A stretch of 64,000 nucleotides of DNA from Psammoneis japonica (lineage: Eukaryota). Made by a program: the position numbers and the translations under genes. Positions within the stretch are counted from its first letter, which is position 1, and each line of letters starts with the position of its first letter. Shown piece by piece: positions 12,886-27,334 of this stretch. The notes below the pieces were generated by a model. That model did not search any database, had not been told where the DNA came from, and was given only the letters and a program-made list of their open reading frames with translations. Where the stretch lies: contig QPGO01000200.1 of NCBI GenBank assembly GCA_008632985.1, positions 1 through 64,000 of the forward strand, given 5' to 3'.

Positions 12886-13311
12886 AACAATGACAACAAA
12901 GCCGCTGCAGTGCTGGCAACACCTTGCTTTGCATGTGCAGTGTCACTCGCTTGCACCAAATTTGAATCTTGAGATCCATAAATTAGCCACAAACGTGGGA
13001 CACAAAAATGGCCCATCACATTCACAACAACCCTTTGACAAGCTTTCAACCACCGTGTCATCTCGCATTTAAAATACAGTGTGCGTCGACCACCCACCGC
13101 ACCGCGCGCGTCGCAGACGGCACTTCAGCCTACTACCGTACGGTACGGTATGCACAGTTACTGTACCTACCGGTACTGTGTACCGGTATGTAGTGGCGAC
13201 AGAGGAAGCGGCTAAAGCAACACGGCTCCGAAAGAGTGTCGCTGCTCATTATGTCACAGGAGATACGGGAGAGTGCCTGCTAGAGTAGACATTCACCGGC
13301 ACCAAAGAACG

Positions 13312-14623
13312 ATGCCAGGGTGTGTTGAGAAGCGAGCGGCATCATTTCTCAAGATGATCGCTGTTTTGTTGACTGCAGGGGTTCCAATATCCGTTTCATT
13401 TTCATCTGTGTCCCTCACAACCCGAATCAAGGAAAGCACATGTACTCGTTTGTGGTCTTTTTCTAGAAGAGACGCGCTTTTGTCATCTTTCCCGCCTGTC
13501 GTTGCATCAGCTGGGATGTGGGCTTTTTCGAATCCAGTTGACGCAGCAGGTCCAGTAACATTGGGGGAGACCGAAGGAATAGGGGCTATTGTGGATAGGG
13601 CGTTTCGTCCCAAACCACCAAAATTGCTGAGACAGAAATTGAACAGAGACTTTGCAGTTCTGTTGATGCGGTCTTCATACAACGCCCTTGATGCAATCGA
13701 TTGTGTTCCCATGGTAAGAGCCGTTCATCGAGGATAATTTGCCACGACCTTTGTGCTTATAACAACACATTCTCCCCTCCGGCCTGCTGGTGTCTGACTG
13801 TAGGATCAATTTCAGAGGGACTTCTTCTTCATCAGGCAGTCTGAGTACCAACCATATATCAAACAGCTAGGTCCTGGGGCAGTGCAACAAGGAGAATTGA
13901 CAGACCCAAACTATTTCGACTTTATCAGCTATGCTCAATATTCAGCCATTGCCCGAGAAATATCGAAGGACCCTCCCATCGTGTTCGAGGAGCTCCAACC
14001 AGTTGAAGTGGGAGAGGACGAGCCACAAAAGTTTGTATCCAAGCTAGTGAAAAGAGATCCGTCGCTGTCGAATGACAGGCTGGCCGCTAGACATAGTGAA
14101 ATTGTTGGTGCCGCCATCTTAAACCGATTTGAAGAGGTTTTTGGTTCTACAGACGCAGCCATCCCAAAAATATTGCCTGGAAGCAGGCCCGACACAAGTA
14201 AGTTCCCATTTCAACGTGGGGAACGGCGAAGCTCGCACGTGGAACATGCGTTTGTTATGGCTGACCTCTGACCTGAGCACTCGTGGTTTGTATTTTTTTT
14301 TTGCCTCAGAAACCTTGATATCTTCTCTCTCGCAAATGGTGCGATTATTCATTATCAATGGATTTGCTTTCGACGGAAACACGTCAGTTGTCACATCGGG
14401 CCCTGAAATATCATCTGCAGCTGGTTCTGAATTATGCATAACGTTGAATGCACCGGCAAACTTGTGGTCTGGGAAATCGTTGCAGCAGAAGCGGCTGGAT
14501 CCAGTCAACGATTTTGTGCTCAAAGCCTCCAGGGAGCTACTGCGGCGAGCGGGCTATACGATATCAAAGTCTAATGTAAAGTATGAAGGGAATCAGGAGA
14601 AGACATTTATGACTATTCGATAA
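13312..14623 (+). CDS. Conserved hypothetical protein, possibly plastid or thylakoid-lumen targeted; 3 exons (13312-13713, 13804-14197, 14310-14623)
   Basis: GT-AG introns join the frames (CVPM|DQFQRDFFFIRQSEY...YFDFISYAQY...PDT|KTLISS). Hydrophobic N-terminus plus an SRRDALL twin-arginine-like motif. Confidence 0.75.
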
Positions 14624-15302
14624 TCTAAGGTCCACGATGAATTGTTTATGCGACTTCTTCAACCTTCTGGAGTGTTGGCACAAGTTTGTAATGAGGGAGC
14701 AGGATCCACAATAATCCAAAATACAAGTACAATATAATAAGCTGCTCACAGCCAGAGACTGCTCTACGAGTACTGGTAAGAGGGTCTCTACTAGAGAGAG
14801 AGTAGCTACTAACTAACTGGCTGTGATACGACTCTAGCTACTAGATCAGAAGTACATAGGTGGCCTCTCTTTACTCTGCCTCCACAGTAGCTACTACCAG
14901 AGAGGGCCCTACGGTACGAGACTGCAGCAATGCGATTTCTTCGCTTTTCTTGGCTTTTCGCCCATTTTTCGTGCTTTCCATTGCTTTCCACTGTTTTCTT
15001 CAGTTTCTCGTTTCACTGTTTTTTCGGTGCGTCTCGCGACATTACAGTACGTACAGTAGAGCTGGCATCTACTGTGATTATTCATTGTAGCAGCTGCGTT
15101 GCTGGCACGATGTTGTTGAAGGCACACGCAACGTGTTGAATTGCATGGGATGGTTATCTCCCTAGGTTAATAGCCGCCACAGTTACATACAAAGTATTGT
15201 TTGTGTCTAGAAGTCCTGTATTGCACGGCCATCTGCAGCAGTGCAATTTGCGAAGTGAGACTGTGAGACCAGCGACACGCCCGACGCCCGAAGCACGCAG
15301 AC

Positions 15303-17009
15303 ATGTATAACCAAAAAGAAAAGCTGCCCAAGAATGCGTCAAATCGAAGACTTTCTGTTTTTCGTCAAAGGGAAAATAGGAGAGAACGCTCAGAAGCTTT
15401 GCACATCCGGGCATCACTACAACGTTTCAACAAACCCGATGTGAGGTCGAGTGAGGAATCTGCCGACAAATCTGCGCTGCAACAAAGACTGAAGGAGCTG
15501 CTTGTATATGAACTAAAGAAAGACGGGTAAGTGCCCATTTCTCATTGCTATGCACTGTTCCTTCTCACCGACAGCGACGTTCTCACTTGATTGGTTGGAT
15601 GATTTGAATGACATAGAGGACAAGGATACCAAACGATGACACTACGTGGCTTGTACAACCATGTGCTCGATTGCATCACAGCAGCGAAGGGAGAATGCGT
15701 CTCTCAAGAGATCGGGGCGTTACCTGGTCCGCAGGACGGACTTCTAAGGTCGAGCAGGCCTAATCGGGAGCCAAAAGATCAAGTAGAAGCTGTTGATGCG
15801 GGAGGGGTGATTACTTATCGCGAACGCCTTGGTGGATACTTGCACCCCCGTGATATGAGACGGCTTGTGACACCCTTTTCGTCGTCGAATGAGCCTGAAC
15901 TCATTGTACGCAGACACGTCATGCTGATGAACTTTGACCCGCTTAGAGCTATTGTCCTTCGGGACCGATTGCTTGTGTTGGTGCCGGATGGAGCTGATTC
16001 AATTCTTATTGATCTCGAGGCGAGAATACAGGGAGGTTCAGCTCAACTAGAAAAATCCGTGTTTGGTGAGGAGCTACAACAGAAAGTCGAGGAAGTGACT
16101 GCTCATAGTCAAAGTAAGAACAAGATAAAGACCTGGAAGCCGGATTTTCTGAAGTTGAGTGGGCACCGGGGTACAGCTACAACAACCCCCCAGAAAGGAA
16201 AACTGCGCGAAGTTGACGAGAGCACTGTGCAAGAAGACTCCGAGAGAAGCTCACATGGTACAGATGATGATGATATGGATGAGTTCCATGAATTGAATGA
16301 GCGAAAATGGATTGATTTGCCATTTGAGCTTCAATGTGTTGATGGCGTGCTGCAGACTGTCGTCGCTTTGTTGGACGAGGATGTGGCAGAACTTCAGTCG
16401 CATTCGCTTAAAATTATCGAGGATCTTCTTGATCCACACCATTCGTCTATCGCTGGCGAAGGTTCGCAAGACATACTGCGACGACTCAAGAACGGTGTCG
16501 GAGAAATGGAAGCAAGAGTTCAAGGTTTTATTCGTGCAATGAACCTCATGCTTGACGATGACGAGGATCTTGCCCTGATGAATCTTTCTCGTCTCATTAC
16601 TCATCCAGAAAGATTCATACAACCCGTTCAAATTCAAATCCTTCATGAAGAGTCTGATGAGCCTGAGCTAATACTCGAGGCGTATCTACAACAAGGTTTA
16701 AGTACGGCTAATGCTTTGGAGCTACTCAAAGGAATAATCGGAACAACGAATGAGCTTGTCGGCCAGAAGCTTGATTCAATCCGGAATCGCCTGCTTTACA
16801 TCAACATGATTGTTTCTCTTTGTTCCTTGTGCGTGGCAGTTGCATCTCTTGTGGGCTCTTACTTTGGAATGAACTTGACAAATAATTTGGAGACGGATCC
16901 AAATGCGTTCCGGCAAGTGGTCGCCGGAACAACGGTAGGGATTTTTGTTCTCGCCATTGTCATGATTTTTGCAGCCTGGAGCTTAGGAGCTTTACCAAAG
17001 AATGTATGA
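15303..17009 (+). CDS. MRS2: MRS2/CorA-family magnesium transporter; intron 15527-15616
   Basis: HPRDMRRL, LPFEL, ELILEAY and C-terminal TM-YFGMN-TM signature. Confidence 0.92.
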
Positions 17010-17299
17010 TTGCCAAAGTGTGCGACGAAAAGTAAACATCTCGATTCACATTCATATAGACGATGCATTTTTCTTTAACGTACTATGACACCTTAGGTTA
17101 TTTCGTGTTAAAATCTGCTAGTACCCGAGAGAAGTGTGGTAATCTCGACTACCACAAGCTGCTGATTCTCTCTAGACTTTTTTCCCATTAAGAAAACTGC
17201 AATTATTTGTGGGCTCCTGTCGTCAGGTTCTGTAGACTCTAAAGAGTTCTTTTGTTCTCTGTCGTCCCCTCGTGACAGTTCGGCAGCATTGCCAAGGTT

Positions 17300-20200
17300 G
17301 CCAAATTGCAAATCACATGCAAGTTTCGCACGTGCGCAAAGAGCCTTCGTTCGCTCTACGGTGCGCACGGGCAACACAACCATAACATCTTCTCCCTTCC
17401 AGACAATCAACAGCAAGCACAAAACCAGGAGCACAGTGACAATGCAACCACGATGTCATTGAGCACCCAGCAGAGAGAACGACGGTGCAAGCAGTTCTCA
17501 ACATCCAACATTGGGGCAATGCCATGCTTTCAACCACAACCTCTGCATGCACTGTGGCAGTGGCTGCCTTGGACTTGGGACAGAATCAAGCCCATTGCAT
17601 TTGGTGGCCACGGGAAAGACAAGAGAGCACCCATCTGACAGGGTGATGTGGCATTGGAGATGTTGCTGGCAAGATCTGGACCTTTTCTTTCATCAATTTG
17701 AATGACATGAAAACTGTTGTGCACAAGTGCTCCAAGGACATGTGGTGCACCGCTCTCATGCTCACACTTCGCTGCACTCCATTTTCAAAGGCAATGGCAT
17801 CTGGGATCAATGTCTTTTTGTGTCAGTGCCAAGGCTGCTTTTACAATCCACCTCAAATCACTTGAGCAAAGACTGAGGTTCTTGGATTGACATGAGGGTG
17901 CACAGCCTGCCAATCTGGGCAGCCACATGAGTCCCCTGGCAACCAGAAGCTGCCGTTGGGGAGACTCCCATGCTCACATGGAATGGCTGATGGTGTCTGC
18001 AAACTCAGATGAATTTTGAATTTGCCTCATGTGTTGAATCATGCAATTGAGACTTTTGTGGCAGCATTGATGCGCACATGTCCCAGAGGCCAGCAGACTT
18101 TGCACAGGCACTCCAAAAGCTCATCACATTTGCAGCATTCTCAGGACATCATGGTCAACAGGGTGCTGAGCATTGAGTGGAAATGCAGAGCCATGATGGC
18201 AGAAAAACACTGCATTGATTTGTGACTTTCATTTGCTGACACACACAAGACAGTGCTTGCGGCACTCCTCAGCACTGTTGCAGGTGTTTTGCTTTTGACA
18301 AGCTGTGTCATCCAACATGCAAGCAGCAACACAACAAACAACAAAGAGCACACATTGCAGCATGCATCTGCTGGCCAACACAGCAAGACTGTGCACAGAC
18401 CTCTTGTGCACAACAGCACAGCACTGTTCAAATGTCTGGTGGAGCATCTGTGCACGCACACAGCATCAGCACATTGTCTGCCCCACAGTGGCAGTGCAGC
18501 ACGACATGATGACATCACTCATGGAAAACACATGATGGCCTGATTTGCACATCCACAACACAAACAGCATGGTGCAAAACACAAATGAGTGGAAATTTGA
18601 TGTGATTCCCCACTTGCACAACCCCACTTTTTCCAGAGCAAACCAGTTCACAATTTTCACAACAGCACTTTTGCAACAACATCTGTTTCTCTTCCAAGAA
18701 AGCCACTTTATGCATCAATGCAACACAAGATTTGCCACATTGCAGATCATTGCGATGCTCAAAAAACATTCACTCAGCAAGAACAGAGCTGTCTGACACC
18801 TGTTTTGAAGTGGTGCTGGGGCTCATGCACACAACACTTGAAATCAGGATCTCAGATTTCTGGGTCATCAAGAAGCATGGGTGAACAACACCTCTGGCTG
18901 TGGTGTCTTTGTTTTTGGCTTCATTGACAGCATTGCTCCCCCAAAAAAATTGGAGCAAAGTCACTTGTTCATCGATGGAGAAGTTTGTGTTTGCTGTCAC
19001 AAATTGGGTGAACAGCTCATGCTGCTGAATGATTCCCAGTGAAATGAGCCAGCTCAGAAACAGCCTCTCACAAAATTGTTGTCAATGACAATCTTTTCAA
19101 CTGCCTTTGCTTTTTGTGCATGGCAGTGTTGCTCTCACAACTGCACAGAGAAATTCACAGAAGCTGGTGGGGCCACTCAACAGCAATGCTTGTCAACAAG
19201 TTGCTTGCAACTGTGGCTGTGCAAAGAAAAAGGAGCTGCTAAAAGCCAGGCATCAGACACACACAACAAGCTGAGCAGCTTGCCTGCTGATGAATGATGA
19301 AAACAGCCTGACACATGAGCTGAACATTCCACACTTCATCACTGGAATGTGCAGCAAATGGTGGTCACTGCATGGCTCAAAGCATGTCATCCATGGGAAC
19401 AGAACATTGCCACCAGACTGGAGCAGTGAGCCCACTGCTTGTGCATTGGCCATTGGAAGGCAATGCCCCAACTGCCTTTGATGACAAGGCAACAAAGTTT
19501 GCTGCAGCAGAGACAAGCCCAAACCTTGTAGAACATGGTGTGCAGATGAAGTGTTTGAGAGCATTTTCCCCAAAGGCAGTGCCACACCAAAAAGGTGCTG
19601 CTCAAGCACAATTTGTGCAAAAGCCCACATTGAAAGAAAAAGACTCAGGGCTGTGTCACAAGGGCCACTGAGTTGAGCAGTTGCCCAGTCTGAGGGGTTG
19701 TCTTCAAGTTGAAGATTTGAGGTTCTTAATCACAAGTGGCCAGTGTGCAAAATGCAAAGTTGTGCAGCACCACCCACAGTGGGCATGCTTGTTCAACCAA
19801 TGAGTGCCTCAGTTTGAAGCACACAGTTGAAAAGACAAAAGCCACACCAACAATGAAAAGAAAGGACAACAAAAAATTGAGTGTCATTGTCAAAGCAGCA
19901 CCAGTTCTTGACAATGTGCTCAAGACACAAAAGAGACAGAAACCTCTGAGACAAAACCAAAATCAAAGAACTGGTTGAGCTCAAGGCACTTTTTTGTCTC
20001 TGGCAGCACGAACAGCAAATCTGAAGAAGACATGTGTGCCTGAGATGATGGTCAACACATTGCAGCAACACAAGCTTTGGCAGCATGGATGGTCATTTTG
20101 ACACACAGCTGGCTCCCAACTGCAGCAAGCTTGTGTTGTGTGTGTGTGTGCCACAATCCAGGAAATGCCAAAAGTGCACAAACATGTCATGCCCACTTCA

Positions 20201-23200
20201 TTTGTGGCCTTGAGCACCAAGCATGGTGCTGAAGGCAAAACAAAAGTTTTGAAAGCTCTTTGCTGGACAGTGGAGCCAGTGGCTGGTGCATTGACAAATG
20301 ACAAACATTGTGAAAAACACCAGCTGAAAAAATTTGCCTGATCATTTTATTTCAACAAAGAAGCACTCTGCACTGTCAAACCAAGGCTGCTGGAGATTTC
20401 TAAAACTGCTTTGTCTTGCCATGATTGTTGGGTGCAACACTTTGGAGTTGCAAGGAACTGGCCTTGATGTGGCTGCTTTTTTCTGCAAACAGTCAGCACG
20501 CTGGATGCAGAACACACTGTGGACCCACGCCAGGCAGAATTGCAGCAAGTTTCTCTGGTTCCTCCCATTCCCTTTTCTGCTGACAGACACAAGCTGCTGT
20601 CATGTCTTGTGTCTGTTCAGGAGGCTGACAGGCTGCATTGTCCCCTCTCTAGAAAAAGGCATGGGGGCAGCCAGAGGCACTCATCACAATCCCACCTGGC
20701 ACAGGTCCATGTGCTCCACACCCAGTGCACTGCACAAACAAGCCATTGAGCAGCCAAAACTCAATGGTGAAACACTGGCACAAAATGTGGGTGCCACTTC
20801 AAAGACCACACCCCACACTCAAGAATCAGAAAAGATAAAAAGCAACAACAAACAAGCTTCTGCTGTCTTTGAGGCAAAGTGTCTGGGGGGCAGATTTGCC
20901 TTAAGTTGCTGAAGGCACCAAGGGGCCAGATGATTTTCAAAAGCGCAAACTGCTTGCAATCTTTGGAAAGCACAAGCCATTGTTTGGCAGAACATTGGGT
21001 GAATGGTGCAGAGGTGATCCTTGCTGCACTCAGCGGTGCTGAAGAATGGAGTTGAGCCACTTGGTGACACTTGATCCTGAGAGATTTTGAGAGTCTGTGA
21101 ACAAACCCTCTGCTGAAACATGAGAGGTGCAAAAACCACACAACATTGGCACACTCAAATGGGCAAATTGATCAGAGCAGGCAGCTCCATTGCTTGTCAT
21201 TCCCAAGAAGGGTGCTGGACAGATTGGACAGTGAGCACCACATCCAACTCTTTGCATCCAGGATGCTCAGCTGAAGCTCAAATGTGTTTTCTCATTGGGC
21301 AAGGAACAAAAGAATCTTGATGGATTTAAGTGGCAGCAGAAGCTTTGCACTTTTTTCCATGAGGGAGATGCAATGTCCCCAGTGGCTTTGTGCAGCACAC
21401 CCCACATGTACTTCAGGAGAAAATGTCCAACCCACTCATCAAAGACTTGCCTTTTCTGCACACAGCACACACACAGGCAACCCACGGACAACAGCAAAGG
21501 GATCCCTGCATTGAGAAAATGGACAAGAAATTCTCAACCAAGAGATGTCAAGATGCTGGACTCAAGGTGAGCACACCCAGCAAGCTCTTGACATTTTGGT
21601 GAACTCACTTGATCCACCTCAGGTGCAAGTGAGATCATGTGAGAACACAGCCACCAACTGAAAAGGTCAAGACAATTGAGCAGATTGCCAAGCCAAAAAA
21701 CCAAAAGAGCTGTGCTCATTTGTGGGGATCATGGCTGGCTGCTCTGCCAAGAACTGTGCAGCAGCTGCCCCCAGTTCAAGACCATTGCAGGCTGGACTTC
21801 CAAATGGGCTTGAACACACATCAAAGATGAAGCACTCAATGCTGTTGAGCATCATGCAACATCCAAGAAAGTGTTGCTTGTGAGTTCAAGTTTTAACAAA
21901 CCATTTGAAGTGCACACTGTTGCATCTTCTGAGCATTGTTGACCCACTGCAGCAATGTTGCAAGACAGCCAACCAACAATGTTTTGCAGCAGCAGAGAGA
22001 GCTTTTTGATGGTGCCCAATTGAATCTTGCACAATGACACCCAGAGAGAGAAGTGATGAGTGTCCCCAGCCAAGTTGTGCAATGGAGAAAATTGCTCACC
22101 AGGCATTGTGGAGAAAGCAGAAAATCCCAGTCTGTTCTCCTTGGACAGCTGACAGCCAGCCACATGTGCCAACCACAAAAACCTCACATGCAAAGCATTC
22201 TGTGTTGAGCACAAAATGCACTGGCATTTGGTGTGCACAGAAGAGCACATGAGGCCATCACAGTTGCAACATGTTGAGGGTCACCACAGCTTGTTTGCAG
22301 GCATGTGCTGAGTTGTCTCAATCCAAACCCAATCATTGAAAACCAATGCTTGAAAATGCCAAAAGTGCTCTCCTCTGTGCAAGGCCTTTTCAGCAGCAGA
22401 GAAAAGGGAGACATTGCAACAGCTTCTGCCAGCTTCAAGAAGGTTCAAAATTAACTGAACAGCAAAAGGGCAGCAAGCACATGTGTTGCAGGAAGCTTGC
22501 ACATTGGTCAGATCAGCACGGCTCAATGCAGCCCTTCCTTGGGGGCATGAAACAGACAGAGCCAGCTTGAGGTTCCAAGACAACATTGTTGTCCCCAGCA
22601 TTGCTGCTGAAGAAGCAGGCAAAAGACTGGCATCATCTTTGTCTGCGTCATTGCCCATTGCTCACACCTCTGCTGTTGGCATGGTGTGTCCATTGCCCGA
22701 CACTTCTGCTGACATGGCATGCAAGCTGAGGTCATGCATTTTGCATGCTCAAGGTGCAAGTCCTCATGTCATGTCAAAAGACAAGAAGACAGGGCAAATG
22801 TGCCATCTGTTGAGAGTGAAAGAAACTGTTGCATTTTTGTTGGCCACAACGCAAGTGCCGACCACAAGTTCTGGCACCATTCTTTCCAATGTCTCAGAAA
22901 TCAAACCTGGCTGCACAGACATCCATGACAAAAGACATTGTCTTGAGCTGAGAGGAACCAAACCCATGGTAAAAAATCTGGACAAATGATGCAAAGCAGC
23001 AGAGCTGCAGCCTCAAAAGAACCCTCCCATGAGCAAACACAACTCACACAAGCATGCTTTGCAGTGGAGAGCATGTGTGCCAGACAACTGCTGGGCTGTG
23101 GCATGATCAGTTTGGGGTCATGGGGAGTGCTGCCACTTGAGCAAATCCAGTGCAGTTGGTGTGTTCAGCAGAGAGGCTTTGTTGAATGTCAGAAAGCAGA

Positions 23201-25500
23201 AGCTCGCCCAGCCAAATGACACACAAAAGAGCTTCCCAAGTGTGCAAAAATTGCCCAACTGGTGCTTGTCAAACAGGAGAACACCAGGACTGAGTGTGGG
23301 GCTGGTTGTTGTGCAGGACCTGCCAGAACTCTTGCTGCCCTTGCACAAATGACAAGAAATGGTGTTTTGCAAGTGTGCAAGATGGCAATTGTGTGCTGAC
23401 AGATGTGTCTGCAATCTGTGGCAGACTGCACCCTGTCATTGGCAAGACATCTGGTGCTCTGCAGCCCTTGTCATGGGGGAGCATGCAGCATGCTGGTGAC
23501 TGGGGGCACCAGCAAAAGCCTTGTGATGCAAACCTTCTGGCTGGAGGCAAAGTGGCTGCTGCACAACAGCACACACAAAAAATGTGTGCATTGCACAATG
23601 AGCCCAAATGATGGCTTGTCCTCACTTTGCAAAATGAGGGCTGCACATTTGGGTGCCCCCCACAGTTGTGCCAAGTGAGCAAAGACACTGATTGCACTCA
23701 CATCCACAACCATTTTGCATGGAAAATGACAGATGGAAAATCTGAAAAATGGGATGCTCAGAAGATTTCCATCATGCTTCTCCTGTGGCCCATGGAATTC
23801 AACATTCAATGGTGAGTGACAATCAGACATGGGGAAGCCCCAAAGCACACTCACCGAAGCTGTCTGATTTCAAGCAAAGTTCTGGAAAAGCATTTTGCAG
23901 TCAACACAAGTGCTCTTGAGCACTGTCAGTCATTCTTCACAAAGCACAGTTTTTTTTGCGAGGTGGGAAATTGTGGTCAAGTTTGACATGGAAAACATGA
24001 AGAAGATGTGGGAGGGCCAAAACCAAATGAACGGACCAACACAACAAACCTCTGTTTAAAACTTGAGCACATGACAAGTTTGTGTAACTTCCTTGGAATG
24101 TTCCAGGGGGCAACAGGAGACACTAAATTACACATGGCTTGGGCAAAAAAATCTTTTGTGCACCCCATTTCATCTGGCCATCTTCCATGCAAAATGCAGT
24201 CCATTGCAAGAAGTGCCAAAATCAACTTGGACTGAAGAGCCATTTGTTCATAAATGGGTGCAAAATTTGCTTGTGTTTGTGGGTCAAATGTGCAGCTTGT
24301 GTGCAACCACCTGTTTTGCAGTGTGAAATGTTCTGACTCAGAAATGGTCTCAACATGTTGTTGACAGCAGCTGCTTTTGTGCTTGCTGACACCTTGAATC
24401 ACGCACACATGATTTCACTTCAAAAAGTTGGGGAGCTGTGGCAAGTTCAAGCTCAACTTCACAGGCTTTTGGCATGTCAGAGCTTGGATTTGTGAGCTGT
24501 GCACAAGCTCAACAAAAACAGAGGCTTCAGATGTGCAGGGGCTCAAACCTGAAGCTTCTGAACAAAAGCCATTTTGACCTTGATGCAAACCACTGCACAT
24601 GATGCAAAAATTGTCAAAAGTCAACATGGCAGACAAAGTGCAAAAAGGATGATTGCATCAGACTCATGTGTGCTCATTTTGAGTGCTCAACAACTTGGTG
24701 CACACACAAAGGTTTAGCAGACAGAGCACAGCCAGTGCTGCATCCTGGCCGGTCAACAGCCAACAAAGCACGTTGATGGTTAAAAGCCTTGTGTGTGACT
24801 CACACTGCAACAATCAACTTGAGAGTCCAAATCCACCAGATGAAAAAGAGCTCGATGAGCTTGCTTCATCTTCTGTTGAAGCAATGGCACCACACCAAAT
24901 GGCCGACAATGTGTCCCACTCTGGCCCAGGGCATGTGAAGAGGGGAGCACTCAAAAATTGCAAGCAAACACAGGAGGGGGAGCAAGCACAAGCAGCATTT
25001 CTTCTGACACGGCAACAGCTTCACCTGCACCTCTTGTGTGCTGCAAAAGATGAGCAGTCCAAGGCAGTCAAACAAGCTTTGAAAGCAAAACTCAGTTGAT
25101 GCCAAGCAAGTCAAGTGTGAAACACAGCATGATCAACGCCGCAACCTGAGGGACAGCTGCAAACAGCAGCAGCAGAGAAAAGACACACCTTGATGGTGCG
25201 CTGCTCTGACTGGTCAACCAGGTCACCTTGAAAGGTCAAGACATGGGTTGCTTCTGGTGCCTGACAGTGCGGTCATGCACATGTGTCACCACCACCATCT
25301 CTTTCCATGATGCGAGGGACTGGAGAGAATCAAGAAGATGGTTCCTCTCCTCTGGCGTCATTTTCAAATTTGTGCCATGCGCACTGGACCGTGCCTTTCC
25401 ACTTGTCCCCTTTCAACATTGGAGCTGCGCCCCAGCCCCCAACCTCCAACGTAACACCGTGTCAAGTGGAAGTGTTTAGACCACATGCAGAGAGCTGCTC
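17300..25500. repeat. Highly degenerate TE-derived block lacking both TpA and CpG
   Basis: By eye 18301-18600 has no TA and two CG. Sequence is TG/CA-rich with only short Cys/His-rich ORFs. Confidence 0.75.
21500..22100 (+). mobile_element. Relic of Ty3/Gypsy RT-RNase H
   Basis: Recoverable fragments DAGLKV (~21552), KVKTIEQIAKPKNQK (~21663) and FNKPFEVHTVAS (~21892; canonical FxKPFxIHTDAS). Confidence 0.65.
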
Positions 25501-25582
25501 TCTAGCAGCAGCAGCCAGCAGAGAGCAGAGCTGGGCCACTGCTGACTGACCACTCTCTCGCTCTACCGGTAGAGAGAGTCTA

Positions 25583-26019
25583 TGAGGCTACGACTAGCAC
25601 AATGTGCAAAATAGACCACAACGAACTGGATATTTTGTATTTGTATATATAGTTCATGTCTGAATGATCGGTATGTAAAATGACTGCACATGACTCATGA
25701 TGTAGAATTTGTACCAGTCTACGTACTTAAGGTTCTACGAACTGATGTCCTATAGAAATGTCTGGTGTTAAGTAAATTCAAATGTCGGAGCCGCCAAAAT
25801 GGACCGAAACGCCGGCCACGTCTTTTAATAAAACATTCGAACTTGTTTATTGATTATGAAGCAGTCGGAGTTGTAAAAGAATATCAAAATTTGAGTTCCA
25901 ATTTGAATAGGAAACATATGAAAAATCTTCTAATTGTGTTGCAAGTATCGATTTTTGAGTACAAATTGTATGGGTTACATCTGTAAAAATGCCCTAATTA
26001 TTTGCTAAAAACCGTTATC
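25583..26019. mobile_element. MITE copy 1 (TA target, Tc1/mariner-like), truncated at an assembly gap
   Basis: Begins TA|TGAGGCTACGACTAGCA. Internally similar to 40184-40681. N at 26020. Confidence 0.8.
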
Positions 26020-26292
26020 NGAGCTGGGCCACTGCTGACTGACCACTCTCTCTAGAGAGAGTCTACCCAGATTTGGCGAGTTCGCGCGAAACACCCAAAA
26101 CCCTGTTGACGCTGCGTGCCTGTGCAAAAACAACAAACAACGCACAACGCCTATCCACCTACCACCTAACCACACCCTTCATCCTACACTGTACAATGAG
26201 ATGCCTGTACCTCTAGTTGACGTGTTTCCCGGTTGAATGCAACAAAGATAAGTCTAGAACAGCGTAGACATGGCGTCTCAACGTTGTTAAAG

Positions 26293-27334
26293 ATGAATGT
26301 CGAGGGCTTTGTCCAAAGGCCTTTGGGTACCGGGTCTCGGCGCCTCATCCGCGAAGAAATTAGTGATGATACCTCATACGATTACGATGAGCTCTCTACC
26401 TCCGGCGATGAACTCGAATTCTTGCGTAGCTCATCCCCGTTTTCAAGCAGCTCGGATGGGTATTCGGAGTACAGTGGCTCTCCAATCACTCGAAGTGTCG
26501 CCTCCAACGTTCTGTTTTTTGTTGGAAGTGTATTTTATGTCATACAGGCAGTCTGGGACCTGAACGATGTCGATGATTACGACGATGACCTGAACGACGC
26601 TGATGGTGATTCATATGACAGTTATGGTGATGACACCCTTTGGAATTTGTACAATATTGTTGTCATGCTCGCGGCCTGCACCTATGTTCTGAGTGCTTTG
26701 AATCAGCTACATGGGCTAAGTTTGGTTTGGACGACGGAGAACCAGGGAGACCTTGTGAACGAACTCGTCCCGGTAGTCCTCTTTGGTAAGTTCCTCGGAA
26801 CTAGGAACCCATAGTCCCACGAAGACTTGCCTTTTCCTGATGCTTCGCTTCTCACCTCAAACCTTCCATCTTCCATCTGATGCGGTAGGGATTGCGGCGT
26901 TGTTGGAATTCGCTGGCGTTCTTCTCGAGGACGACGAGCACCCACAAGCAGAGTATACGGCTAGTGCAGCAGCAGTGCATGTCTATCTTCTCGAGGCCAT
27001 TATTTCGCTATGGGGTGAAAAATTTTCGACAGCGACAGTTACTCTTGGACTATTGACAGCGGGAAACTTGTTGTTTTTCTTCGGGTGCGTTATTGACGTT
27101 ATCATTAGCTATATGTCTACCCCAGACACACCGAATTCAGCCTTACATATGATGAGTTGTTGGAGCTTGATATCGGCGGTTCTGTGGCTTGTTGATTCTA
27201 TTTTCTATCTAATTGCGGGCTGCCCACAACTTCGATACCCGGGAAGAACGTCGGAATCTCAATCACCTCTGCAATTACCCCTGACTAGAAATGATGGCGA
27301 AAATCACAGTGATGACGAGAATCAATCTAGCTAG
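26293..27334 (+). CDS. Hypothetical multi-pass membrane protein; intron 26786-26888
   Basis: Two ORFs joined in frame by a GT-AG intron (VLFG|IAALLEF); about 6 hydrophobic segments. Confidence 0.75.

Noticed and set aside
17300..25500. Many short Cys/His-rich ORFs as real genes
   Set aside because: Loss of TpA removes TAA and TAG stops and inflates ORF counts on both strands. No coherent domains are present.
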